Assembly (NCBI GenBank): GCA_965197905.1
Contig: CBDAOB010000005.1
Span: 960,001-1,024,000 of the forward strand
Length of the DNA stretch: 64,000 nucleotides
Source: Candidatus Latescibacterota bacterium
GTDB taxonomy: Bacteria > Latescibacterota > UBA2968 > UBA8231
Direction: 5' to 3'
The notes beneath the pieces were generated by a model. That model worked only from the letters and a program-made list of their open reading frames with translations, had not been told where the DNA came from and ran no database searches. Positions within the stretch are counted from its first letter, which is position 1; each line of letters begins with the position of its first letter. Shown here piece after piece: positions 1 to 9,909 of the stretch. Position numbers and translations under genes: made by a program.

Positions 1-651
1 CCGGATTCCGATGCCTTCTATGACGACAGAAGCCGGCCAGAAACCCTGAAGCAGATGCAGAACACGGGAAAGGACCCTTTCTTTGACGGTTACCGCCAGA
101 ATCCACGCTGGATCGCACTGGCGGAGGCGCTGCTCAACGAGCCGCTCGACCCCCAGTCGCCGGAGTGGTTCAACAAGCCGCCGGGCACCGTGCATCCGAC
201 GCCACCCCATCAAGACAACTATTACTTCAATCTGAAACCGCCCAACACCGTCTCCATCTGGCTCGCACTGGATCCGGTGGACGAGGAAAACGGCTGCCTG
301 CGTTACGTCGCGGGATCCCACCGTCGCGGCCGGCGGCCTCACGCAGTCACCAGCGTCCTCGGTTTCTCGCAGGGCATCACCGACTACGGTCCCGAAGACG
401 GGTCACACGAAGTGGCGATCAAACTGGAGCCGGGGGATGTCGTTGCACATCACTGCGAGGTCATCCACCGGGCGGATCCCAACGGTTCGCCGACCCGATC
501 CCGCCGTGCCTTTGCGATGGTGATTCACGGCGAGAGCTGCCGCCTAGACGAGGAAGCCCACCGGCGACATGTAGAGGTGGCGCGCAAGCAACACGAATCG
601 ATGGGCTTGGAACCCGGCACCGTTGGGGGCGTGCCGGCGGACGAGGCCTGA
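1..651 (+). CDS. Phytanoyl-CoA dioxygenase (PhyH) family Fe(II)/2OG oxygenase, 5'-truncated by window edge
   Basis: Frame open from base 1; HQD motif (PPHQDNYY), WLALD..DEENGCL..V.GSH, distal His (IHRADPN..RR). Confidence 0.9.
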   Translation, partial: PDSDAFYDDRSRPETLKQMQNTGKDPFFDGYRQNPRWIALAEALLNEPLDPQSPEWFNKPPGTVHPTPPHQDNYYFNLKPPNTVSIWLALDPVDEENGCLRYVAGSHRRGRRPHAVTSVLGFSQGITDYGPEDGSHEVAIKLEPGDVVAHHCEVIHRADPNGSPTRSRRAFAMVIHGESCRLDEEAHRRHVEVARKQHESMGLEPGTVGGVPADEA

Positions 652-709
652 GCATGCGCTCATCGCGGTACAGCTGGGCCAGCACCAAATTCCCAGGAGT
701 GACCACGCC

Positions 710-2923
710 GTGAGCACCGGAAACGGGAACATCAAACGCGTCGGCTCGACCGCCCAGCGCCTCGCCGAAAAGCCGTACGAAGAGCGGATGTGCCGCATTG
801 AAACCTACCCCAGCTGCGTGTCGTGGAGAGCGACCTATGAAGGCCCTTCCGTTGAGGAGTGGGTCGACCTCATCGACGAGATGGGCATGGAGGTGCAGAT
901 CGTTGACGGAGAGATTAATCGCGGAACGCCGCGCTTTCCTTCGGAGATGATTGAACCGCACGCCGGCGTTGCTAACGAACGGTTGCCCCGCTTCCTCGAG
1001 CTGGCTCACGAGCGTGGCATCATCGTGCTCTCCTATTACCCGATCATCTACACCAAACCGTTAAAGCCGCTGCATCCCGAGTGGCTGATGAAGTTTCTCG
1101 ACGACGGTCGACCCGAGCCCGAGAACCTGGGTTGGTTCTGCTTCAACTCGCCGTACCGGGATTGGCTGCCTCAATACCTGATCGAGTGGATGGATAACCT
1201 GGACATCGACGGGCTCTACTTCGACGACACCAATTACGGTACCCACGAGGATCGACCGTGGACGCCGTCCTGCTGCTGCAGCTTCTGCGAAGAGCTTTTT
1301 CGTCAAGAAACCGGAGAAGAGATACCACGGAAGGTGGACTTCGATTCTATGACCTTCCGTCGTTTCATCAACTGGCGCTACGAAAAGATGATCGATTTCA
1401 TGCATCATCTCTTCAGCACGATCAGAGCGAAACATCCCGACGCCATCCTCGACCTGAATTCTTACATCCGCCCACAGAACGACTGGTCCGATGGCCATCC
1501 GTTAGGCTCGCTGCGACTGGAGGAGGTGGGTGGTTATTTCTTCGTGGAGACCTTTCACTCCCTGCGCGAACCAGGTTTTGTGGCCAAGGCATTACGCGCC
1601 ACCGGCACGCCATTCGGCATCTTCCGTAACGTGGCACAAAACTTGAAGGGTTTTGGCTGTCCTCCGTATCCGGAGCCTTATGCGGCTGCGATCTCCGGCC
1701 TCGGGGCGATGATCAACGGGGGTGCTCCGTGTGGCGGCCCCCTAGGTCAATGTACGCTGCTGCAGAAGGAGGCGACGACGCAGGTTTTCTCCGACTACAA
1801 GAAACGCGCTCCATACGTTGCGGGGGAGACGCTGAAACATGTCGCACTGCACTATTCTCAGATGAACCGGGACTTCCGCCCTTCGGAGATCCCTAAAAAC
1901 ACCAACCAGGTCCATTTCCATCAGATAGGACAGGTCGATCAGTACGGGGCTTATGAGATGCTCAATCGGTCCCATGTGGTCTTCGACATGGTGCTGGATG
2001 AGCATCTCGCATTTGAGAACCTTGCGGAGTACGGCATCCTCTTTCTGTCCAACAGCGCCTGTCTCAGCGATGCCCACTGCGACGCCATACGCCGCTTCGT
2101 CGAAGAGGGAGGCACCCTGATCGCCACCCACCAGACCTCGCTCCTGGACGAGTGGGGCCAGTCGCGGGGGCAGTTTGCACTCGCGGACGTTCTCGGTGTG
2201 GAATATCGCGGTCCCCGTGGGGCGGAGGAGAAACACCCGGTCATCTACGTGCCCCACGACGACGGGATCGCCAGTCGTTTTGGCCATGTCATCTGTTTCT
2301 ACGCCGGAGAATCATCGATTGCGGTGGACGCAGAGTCCGAAGTCTTGTGCACTGGCAGCAAGGTGCACGAACCCGAATTCTGCATCGGCCATTTTGACTC
2401 CTCTACCGAGTTCCTCGGCAATTTTCACCCCTCTATGGATTACGATTCTTCCGAACCGGCGGTTACCGTCCACAGCTACGGCAAGGGGCAAGCGATCTAC
2501 ATCGCCGGCGATGTGGGGAGCGCCTACATGAACAGTCCGTATCCGGTCCTGCGCCGGTTTGTCGCCCATCTCGTTGGCCGCACTCCGGCACCGATCGCGG
2601 TGGAGGCGCCGGAAGTGATCGAGATGACCGCTGCCTATCGGCCATCCGGAGAATTGATGATCCACCTGCTGAATAACCCGGTTGGGGTTGTTCCATGGAA
2701 GATCGAGGGTACGCGGGAGGACTATGATGAAACCCAGGGGTTGTTCCACGCTCCGTTCGAGGTAAACCCCATCCACGACATACTGATCCGTTTCAACGAG
2801 CTGAAACCGTTGTCGGCTCGCCTGCCGCTGCAGGATGTCGATCTGGAGATCTCTGGCGACGCCGCCATCGTTGTGCCGAGGGTGGACCTCCACGAAGTCG
2901 TGTGTGTGGGTGTGACGAGTTAA
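710..2923 (+). CDS. Putative glycoside hydrolase (GHL6/GH42-like TIM barrel with beta-galactosidase trimerisation-like domain)
   Basis: ORF 623-2923; likely GTG start at 710 after AGGAG; CFNSPYR, DIDGLYFD, CCCxxC, IRRFVEEGGTLIAT, YGKGQAIY patterns. Confidence 0.7.
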   Translation: MSTGNGNIKRVGSTAQRLAEKPYEERMCRIETYPSCVSWRATYEGPSVEEWVDLIDEMGMEVQIVDGEINRGTPRFPSEMIEPHAGVANERLPRFLELAHERGIIVLSYYPIIYTKPLKPLHPEWLMKFLDDGRPEPENLGWFCFNSPYRDWLPQYLIEWMDNLDIDGLYFDDTNYGTHEDRPWTPSCCCSFCEELFRQETGEEIPRKVDFDSMTFRRFINWRYEKMIDFMHHLFSTIRAKHPDAILDLNSYIRPQNDWSDGHPLGSLRLEEVGGYFFVETFHSLREPGFVAKALRATGTPFGIFRNVAQNLKGFGCPPYPEPYAAAISGLGAMINGGAPCGGPLGQCTLLQKEATTQVFSDYKKRAPYVAGETLKHVALHYSQMNRDFRPSEIPKNTNQVHFHQIGQVDQYGAYEMLNRSHVVFDMVLDEHLAFENLAEYGILFLSNSACLSDAHCDAIRRFVEEGGTLIATHQTSLLDEWGQSRGQFALADVLGVEYRGPRGAEEKHPVIYVPHDDGIASRFGHVICFYAGESSIAVDAESEVLCTGSKVHEPEFCIGHFDSSTEFLGNFHPSMDYDSSEPAVTVHSYGKGQAIYIAGDVGSAYMNSPYPVLRRFVAHLVGRTPAPIAVEAPEVIEMTAAYRPSGELMIHLLNNPVGVVPWKIEGTREDYDETQGLFHAPFEVNPIHDILIRFNELKPLSARLPLQDVDLEISGDAAIVVPRVDLHEVVCVGVTS

Positions 2924-3006
2924 ATGCTCGCCGCTGTCGAAACCAGAATGGCCGGCTTCTCTTGATCGTGCACGAACGACCATCATAAGGGGAGACAAAC
3001 ATCCGC

Positions 3007-4164
3007 ATGCCTTCAATCGCCGGCGTTGAGTTCCGTCGGTTCTCCGCCCGTCACCACAACGCTACACGCAACTGGCTCGTTGTGAAATTGAACACCGACG
3101 ATTCAGCACTCTTTGGCCTGGGTGACGCGAGCGCCATGGAGGACGACGACAAGGTTCTGCAACTGGTGCAGCGCTTTGTCGAAGAGTATCTGGTGGGGCA
3201 GGACCCGCTGGACCACGAACGGCACTGGACCACCCTCTATCACGACCCCCATTCACGCGGCGGCCGGCTGGCCGCCAGCGCCCTGTCGGGCATCGACATC
3301 GCCCTGTGGGATCTCAAGGGCAAGATTCACGGAAGCCCGGTCTACCAGCTTCTGGGCGGGGCTCAACGGCAGCAGATCCGGGTCTATGCCAACGGCTGGT
3401 ACACCAACCCTGGCACGCCAGAGCAGAACGCCGAGGAGGCCCGCACGGTTGTGGAGATGGGCTACACGGCGATGAAGTTCGATCCGTTCGGCCAGGAGAA
3501 CTATTACAAGATCTCGCTGGGCGAGGCACAGCTCGCCGAAGACCGGGTGGCGGCCGTGCGCGCTGCAGTGGGTCCCGAGGTCGACATCCTCGTCGAAGCC
3601 CACGCCAAGTTCAACGTTATGACGGCGATTCAGCTGGGCAAACGTCTTGAGTCATACCGCCCCCTATGGTACGAGGAGCCGGTGTCCGAGGAGAATCTGT
3701 CCGAGCTGCTGGAGGTGCGGCGGAAGGTGGACATACCGATCGCCACGGGGGAGCGACTCTACAGCAAATTCCCGTTTGCTCAGATAGTCGAGGCGCATGC
3801 GGCTGACGTGCTGCAGCCGGACGTTGCCAACGCTGGCGGCGTGACCGAACTCAAGAAGATCGCCGCCATCGCGGAGGCCAAACATATAACCGTGGCGCCA
3901 CACAATGTCTGCTCACCGGTGGGAGCCATGGCCGAGATGCACCTGTGCGCATCTATTGTCAACTTCGAGATTCTGGAGTACCACGCGGAGTTCTACGACA
4001 GCCACTACTTCGATGTTTTCCAGGGGTTCCCGCGCCAGCGGGATGGCCACGTCGAACTGAGCCCCGCCCCGGGATTGGGTCTAACCCTGGACGAGGATGT
4101 GATCGTCGCCCATCCGCCCATGGCCAGCACCACGGCCCGCGGAGGCACGACTCGAGGGATCTAG
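3007..4164 (+). CDS. Mandelate racemase/muconate lactonizing enzyme family (galactonate dehydratase-like)
   Basis: SGIDIALWDLKGK, YANGW, KFDPF, WYEEP, IATGERL, QPDVANAGG, APHN motifs; GGGAG RBS. Confidence 0.9.
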   Translation: MPSIAGVEFRRFSARHHNATRNWLVVKLNTDDSALFGLGDASAMEDDDKVLQLVQRFVEEYLVGQDPLDHERHWTTLYHDPHSRGGRLAASALSGIDIALWDLKGKIHGSPVYQLLGGAQRQQIRVYANGWYTNPGTPEQNAEEARTVVEMGYTAMKFDPFGQENYYKISLGEAQLAEDRVAAVRAAVGPEVDILVEAHAKFNVMTAIQLGKRLESYRPLWYEEPVSEENLSELLEVRRKVDIPIATGERLYSKFPFAQIVEAHAADVLQPDVANAGGVTELKKIAAIAEAKHITVAPHNVCSPVGAMAEMHLCASIVNFEILEYHAEFYDSHYFDVFQGFPRQRDGHVELSPAPGLGLTLDEDVIVAHPPMASTTARGGTTRGI

Positions 4165-4313
4165 CCGACGCTGGCGAGCCGCCGACCAGATCGGCGACGA
4201 CCGTCGCACGAGCGGATCCTTCACCCACAATTTCCTGTGCCTGCAGGATACCGCATTCTATGAGGTGGATCGGTAGCCAGTGCCGATCGCCCGCTGCTTT
4301 CCCAGCCCAATTA

Positions 4314-5540
4314 CTAGCGCGAGCGGCTTTCGATCTCGATCGTTATGCCTGCTCGGCGCAGTCGTTCGACCAATGGCATGCCCAGTGCGGTTGCAGGCGT
4401 GAGAATGCCACCACGGTCTGGACCGCCCGGGAGATCGTCGCGTTGGCCAGCAAGGGCCAGGGCTGCTTCGCATACCATCTTGACGGTGCCGCGGTTTCCA
4501 GGATCGCCACGGTCTTCAATAAGGGCCCAAACCTTCGATCCGTCGGTTCCGGTCCCGACGAACCGACAACGGAAGAATCCCGCGTCCATTTCGCGCTCGG
4601 AAGGGCCCGACCCCGGCTTCGGGGCCAACACTTCTGTCAGTTCTACAGCACCTGGGACCTGGGAGTAGACCTGGTAGAATGCTATGCTCGAGGCCAGCAC
4701 GGAGGCGGAGAGCCAGGGGACAGGGCCACCTACCTCTGCATATTCTTGATAGCAAAAATTCGGACCGTAACCCTCGTGCCACTGTTGAAAGAGGGCAGCG
4801 CTACGCCGGACAACGCGCGTATTGACGGGCCCCATTACGAACGGACCAACCCAGGATCCGAGGTCGCTGTCGTATGCCGGTGCCACGGGGTCGCGTTGGT
4901 CCCCAGATTTTGTACCGGTATGGTCAGGATTGAGCAGAAAGGGGTCTCGCATACGGGATCCCTGCCCGGAGCGTTGAATATTCAGTACCGAGGCTGCGGT
5001 CCCACCGTTCAGTCCTCCCGACGTCGCGATGAAGGCTTTAACCTGCTGGCAGGCTTGCCCGAGACGCTTGGATTCGTCCGCAATCATGAGCGTTCCAAGA
5101 TCCGACGGTACGGAATCGAAACCGCAGAAGTGTACGATTTTTGTAGCCGATGAAACGGCCGTCTCGTGATAGCGGTCGATCATATCTCGCGCCCAGGTTG
5201 TCTCACCCGTGATATCAACATAATCGGTCTGGTTTCTGACGCATGCGCTGACAACCGGTTCACCGTGCAGAGCGAAAGGTCCTGCCGTAGTGAGAATTAC
5301 GCGAGTTCGCTCTGCCATGCGATCGATGGCAGGGCCGTCCTGGCTTGCAGCGACTGCGACTTCGACATCCGTGGGAAGCTGGAGGTCCGTCTTGAGCGCG
5401 GCGAGCTTCTTTTCGTCGCGCCCCGCTAGCGCCCAACGCAGGTCAGGAGTAGCGTGGTCCCGCAGGTAGGCTGCCGCTTGTCGGCCAGTGAAGCCGGTGG
5501 CGCCGTACAGCGTCAGGTCGAGGTTACGAATTTTGGGCAC
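4314..5540 (-). CDS. Saccharopine dehydrogenase-like NAD(P)-binding oxidoreductase (trans-acting enoyl reductase family)
   Basis: YGATGFTG, ALAGR, AGPF..G, YVDITGE, CGFDSVPSDLG, GGILTPA..G motifs. Confidence 0.85.
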   Translation of the reverse strand: MPKIRNLDLTLYGATGFTGRQAAAYLRDHATPDLRWALAGRDEKKLAALKTDLQLPTDVEVAVAASQDGPAIDRMAERTRVILTTAGPFALHGEPVVSACVRNQTDYVDITGETTWARDMIDRYHETAVSSATKIVHFCGFDSVPSDLGTLMIADESKRLGQACQQVKAFIATSGGLNGGTAASVLNIQRSGQGSRMRDPFLLNPDHTGTKSGDQRDPVAPAYDSDLGSWVGPFVMGPVNTRVVRRSAALFQQWHEGYGPNFCYQEYAEVGGPVPWLSASVLASSIAFYQVYSQVPGAVELTEVLAPKPGSGPSEREMDAGFFRCRFVGTGTDGSKVWALIEDRGDPGNRGTVKMVCEAALALAGQRDDLPGGPDRGGILTPATALGMPLVERLRRAGITIEIESRSR

Positions 5541-5577
5541 TTAGCAGATATCTCCGACACAAGCCCCGAAGCGACTT

Positions 5578-6390
5578 TCAGTGTTCGATCGCCATGCCAG
5601 GCTTTGGTTTCCTGGCGCACACAAGCAAGCATTTGCGGATTGCCCAGCTCAAGTTGATGTTGGCCGCAAGCAGGTCGCGCATAGCGAACGGGTTCCACCA
5701 CCGCGACGGATCCTGTTGCACAAATCTGTTGAAACGATCGCGGTATGCGTGCCAGGTCTCTGTGGTTGCGTCGCTGAGATCGGGGTTTCCGAATCCCGCA
5801 TCTCTCAGTAAGTCTCCGTAGCGGCCGGCATTGGGCACGTAGTTTTGCGCAGGGACCAGCGGTGTTCCCCATGCCATCAGAAGATCGGACAGGACTAAAC
5901 AGCCGCCGGGCCTTAACACGCGAAAGGTTTCTTCTAAGAAACGCTTCCGAGTGGAGAAATGAAAGGCAGCTTCGATGCACAGAACCGTGTCGAAGGTTTC
6001 GTCGTCGAAGTCGAGCTTGGTAGCGTCCATTCGCTTGAAAGTGCATCCCGGTGCACGCTTCCGCGCCTCCACCAATTGTGATTCCGAAAGACCAATCCCG
6101 GTGATAGCCGCCGGTTGGAAGTAGTTCATCAATCGCCTGGTGCTGGCTCCCTGACCACACGCGACGTCCAGGATCGTTCCCCTGAGGGGCTCAATCGGTT
6201 CGAGAAGCATGTCCACGAGTCGATCGCCAGCTTCTCTGGCACAACGCGTGGCGCCGTCCCAATATCCGAAATTGGCGTATCCGCTGTCACCGCAAAACTC
6301 GCGGAGAATCGGGTCGGAAAAGACCGCATCGTAGTACAGTGACAGTGCAGTCGAAGTTGCCGGAGAATCGTTTTCAGTTGTAGTGGACAT
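5578..6390 (-). CDS. Class I SAM-dependent methyltransferase
   Basis: YANFGYW, ILDVACGQG, FDDETFD, EAAFHF, RVLRPGG. Confidence 0.9.
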   Translation of the reverse strand: MSTTTENDSPATSTALSLYYDAVFSDPILREFCGDSGYANFGYWDGATRCAREAGDRLVDMLLEPIEPLRGTILDVACGQGASTRRLMNYFQPAAITGIGLSESQLVEARKRAPGCTFKRMDATKLDFDDETFDTVLCIEAAFHFSTRKRFLEETFRVLRPGGCLVLSDLLMAWGTPLVPAQNYVPNAGRYGDLLRDAGFGNPDLSDATTETWHAYRDRFNRFVQQDPSRWWNPFAMRDLLAANINLSWAIRKCLLVCARKPKPGMAIEH

Positions 6391-6444
6391 CGGCGGTATC
6401 TCTAGCAGGTGGCCCAGATTATAAAGAACTAAGATTGGGCAAGG

Positions 6445-7892
6445 TCACCGCATTGGTGTTCTCAATTCGGATCGCCACAGTTCGGCTGCAACCCGAGTCT
6501 GTTTGCTGTTAACCTCGGACCACCATCCAAGCAGCCATTCACGGTCACGTGCGAATCCGTTCAGCGTTGAAAGCTGCCAGAATCCGTAGTCGAGGGCCCG
6601 ACCGAAGAGGTCGGGAAACGTTCGAGTCGACGAGATATCGAAGAGATCCATCCAGAACTGCGGTGGATGTGACAGCGACTTCACCAGGACATCTGGAGTG
6701 AAGCTCTGACGGAACGGGACCAGATCGCTAACACTCCACCGACGCGCCAGGCGTAGTTGGGATCCTTATCGGCCGTCTTGCAGACTACCTTGAGGGCGTC
6801 CATCCAAACACGCAGCAGGTGGCGATTTCGGGCAAAGGACACAAGCAGATCTGCGACCCCGAAGTCCGGATCGAATTTCTGCCTCCATCTGCCTTCGTAA
6901 GCTCGGAGTGTCCTGCGACTGAAATCTCCTCGGTCGAAGGCATCGCTGATCGTCTCCCTAGCCAGCGTCGCGTTCTCCAATGCAGGAGCAATTCCTTCTC
7001 CTGAGAGGGGATCGACAAAGCAGCCTGCTTCGCCGACGAGCAGACCGCGTTCAAAGTAGTTGGTTCGCGCTCCGCCGTAGGTCTTGATCGGCCAACCAAC
7101 CGGTTTCTCGATTTCGCAACGCCAGCCTTGTTCAGCGGCCCAGTTTTGGAGCCGCTTTGAAAGTCTTCCGAAAAAGTCGTGGAGCTTCAGATCGAATCTC
7201 TTGACCGATTCAGCCACCATACCCACACCGATATTGGCTAGCCCGTCCGAGATCGGGTAGACCCAGCCGAAGCCGGGAAAAAAATCTTCCTCAAACCAGA
7301 GCATCGACTCGCGCAACGGTAGTCCGTGGCAGTACGCCCGCATCGCGAACTCAACGAATCGCTCATCAGTCATCGCCAGACCGGCTCTTCTGGCAACGAC
7401 AGAATGAGCGCCATCAGCGCCGACGACCAGACGGGCGGAGTACTGGCGTTGTGTGCCAGATTCCAGGGCGGTCAGAGTCGCCGAATCGCTGTCTATCTCC
7501 AGATCGCGGACAGTGCAGTTCTCGACAGTGGTGGCACCGGCTTCCTGCGCCCGCCGAAAAATGATCTCGTCGAGTACGACGCGCGGTACAGCATGATAGT
7601 AGTCGATAGTATTAGCACGAGGAGGAATGCCGCCTTTGGCGAGCCATTTCCCGTTTAGGGCAGTACGGGCACGCCTCAATGGTAGAAGCTTACGCCGAGC
7701 GATTGCTTCAAAGCACCCGAGTTCGTCGAGTAGCATGAGGCCTTTAGCGCTAACAATGTCACCGCAAACTTTGTCTCTAGGGAAGGATTTCTTCTCCAAA
7801 AGCAACACGTTTTGCCCAATCGCAGCGAGACGGATAGCAAGGCTGCTACCCGCAGGACCGGCACCTACAATCGCTACATCGAACGTCGTCAT
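6445..7892 (-). CDS. Geranylgeranyl reductase family FAD-dependent oxidoreductase (one frameshift near 6725)
   Basis: FDVAIVGAGPAG, EKKSFPRDKVCGD, VVGADGAHS, GWVYP..DGLANIGVG, LLVGEAG..VDPLSGEGI; adding one base near 6725 joins ORF 6681-8003 to ORF 6445-6684; ATG at 7892. Confidence 0.8.
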
Positions 7893-7974
7893 TCTGTTGT
7901 TTCGCAACAAAGCCGCATCGCCGCCGGGAACCGACTTCGGAGATACCGAAAGGGACGCGGTGCAGTGGACATCA

Positions 7975-9909
7975 TCATGGATTCCGTACACGAACGACAA
8001 CACAAGTCATGTCGTCGGCCTGATCTACCCCACCCGCAAACTCCCGCACGCTGTGTAACAAGCGGTCACAGATGTCGCCAGCGGAAATCCCTGCCAGATG
8101 ACCTTCGGAGATCGTCCCCCACGTCCGCTTCTCGCCGAAGAACTCGCCGCTCTTGTTCAGCGCTTCCGAGATTCCGTCGGAGTACAGCACCAGACAGTTT
8201 CCAGGCTCTATTGAAATCTCTACGAGATCGTAAGTAACACTAGCCTTAACTCCCAGAGGGTAGAGCTCATTGCCCAGTTCGGTAATGTTGCCGTCTGCTC
8301 TCACCAATAATGGGAAGGGGCAGCCACAGGTAATCAGCTGAAGGCGATTGCTGTCGGTAATGCGTATCATAACGAAACAGACGAAGCGTCGTTTCTCCAG
8401 AGCGCGAAAAAGCGAGTCGTTGAGATTGGCGAACAACCGGGGCAACTGCGGGTTGGTTTGCATTTGGCTGTCGAGCAATCCGGTGAACATTACTGCCGGA
8501 ATTGCCGCTTCCATGGAGTGCCCGGTCACATCGGCCATTCCGACAGCAATCCCATTAGGCGATTCGAAGTATCGGTACATGTCACCACCGACATCCCCAG
8601 CCGGGTGGCAGCGGCCGGCAATGTCGAGCCCCTCTACCGATGGCGCCCTATCCGGCAGGAGTTCAAGTTGCAGGCGTCGGGCGGTGTCCAGTTCGCGATC
8701 CTGAGCCTCTTTAGCGCGTCGCAGGGTGCTAATGCGATTGCCAAGGGCAAGCGACAGCAGAAGGATCTCAAACGCGTGACCGATCTGAAAGGCGTTCCAG
8801 GAGTAAACGCCAAATGGCAGCATACCGAACACGACGGATAACGTGATCAGTGGGCCCAGCACATAGCCGGACCATGCCACGAGGAAATACCGTGCCGGCA
8901 CAAATCCCCGCTTCAGCGTCAAAACGGCAGCAACAATGATGATCAGCCATAATGACCAATTGTAGACCGTGATGTATGCCGGAAAGAACTCCTCATGCAG
9001 CCCCGCCAGAGATGCCACCGGAAAAGCAAAGCTGACGCCGATAAACCATGACATGACCCGGTGGACTCCCGGCGCATGTGCGTGCGTCAGGAGGAATACT
9101 TGCACGAACCTGAGGACAAAGACCAAATATATGGACCCAGTCACAAGTACGTAGCGGTCCCACCCGAATGCTGTTCCTGGCCATAGAAACTCCTGGGCAA
9201 CCCCGTTAAACTGGAGAAAATAGAGGGCTCCTGTGGCGACCATCAGCACATAATAGAGATACACGTTGTCGCGAAGGTACAGAAACAAGACCAGGTTGTA
9301 GATCGCCATTCCAACAATCAAACCATAGTAGGCGCCAAGCGAGATACTTTCCCTGCGAACGTGGGCGGCAAACGCAGACTCGGAATAAAGGCGCTGATGG
9401 ACAAAGAAAACATCCGGGGTGGCGCGGACCATGTATTCCCTCTTCTGTCCGAGCTCTAGCTCCAAACGGACAGCGAAGTGGCGATGTTCTATCTCCAGCT
9501 CGTTGAACGGGACATGCTCGCCGACCTGAACTATCATCCACTCCGATGTGGAATCGTCGCGCCAGTAGACCTCGATACCGAAATGGATACCGGGTCGCAC
9601 TTCGAAGATCCAGTGGCGTTGTTCAGACTCGTTCTGCAATGTGAATCGGGACCACACTGCGCGACGGGTTTGTCCGAGGTGTGGTGACTCCGCCTCGCTG
9701 TCAACGAAACGACGACGAACCTTCTGCGAGTTGACGTCGTCAATGCTCCAAACTCCAGCCGAATCAGGAAGAACTGCCAGGTACTTCCCAAGAATCACTT
9801 CTTCGGTGTCGTCAGTCAGGATCAAAGTGGCCGGCTCCCCTGCAACTGACGCAGCCACGGAAAGGGCAGCGAGTCCGCAGCAGATCGCGAGGCAGTGCCG
9901 GTGTTTCAT
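7975..9909 (-). CDS. 7TMR-DISM (extracellular DISMED2 + 7TM) sensor fused to SpoIIE/PP2C phosphatase
   Basis: Signal peptide; YYG...MAIYNL.LFLYLRD..YLYY 7TM start; FEILLLSLALG; DVGGDMY, ADVTGHS, LYSDGISEA, DDMT PP2C motifs. Confidence 0.9.
   Translation of the reverse strand: MKHRHCLAICCGLAALSVAASVAGEPATLILTDDTEEVILGKYLAVLPDSAGVWSIDDVNSQKVRRRFVDSEAESPHLGQTRRAVWSRFTLQNESEQRHWIFEVRPGIHFGIEVYWRDDSTSEWMIVQVGEHVPFNELEIEHRHFAVRLELELGQKREYMVRATPDVFFVHQRLYSESAFAAHVRRESISLGAYYGLIVGMAIYNLVLFLYLRDNVYLYYVLMVATGALYFLQFNGVAQEFLWPGTAFGWDRYVLVTGSIYLVFVLRFVQVFLLTHAHAPGVHRVMSWFIGVSFAFPVASLAGLHEEFFPAYITVYNWSLWLIIIVAAVLTLKRGFVPARYFLVAWSGYVLGPLITLSVVFGMLPFGVYSWNAFQIGHAFEILLLSLALGNRISTLRRAKEAQDRELDTARRLQLELLPDRAPSVEGLDIAGRCHPAGDVGGDMYRYFESPNGIAVGMADVTGHSMEAAIPAVMFTGLLDSQMQTNPQLPRLFANLNDSLFRALEKRRFVCFVMIRITDSNRLQLITCGCPFPLLVRADGNITELGNELYPLGVKASVTYDLVEISIEPGNCLVLYSDGISEALNKSGEFFGEKRTWGTISEGHLAGISAGDICDRLLHSVREFAGGVDQADDMTCVVVRVRNP

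Noticed and set aside
3945..5153. 402-aa plus-strand ORF
   Set aside because: Antisense shadow of the saccharopine-dehydrogenase-like gene; no recognisable motifs.
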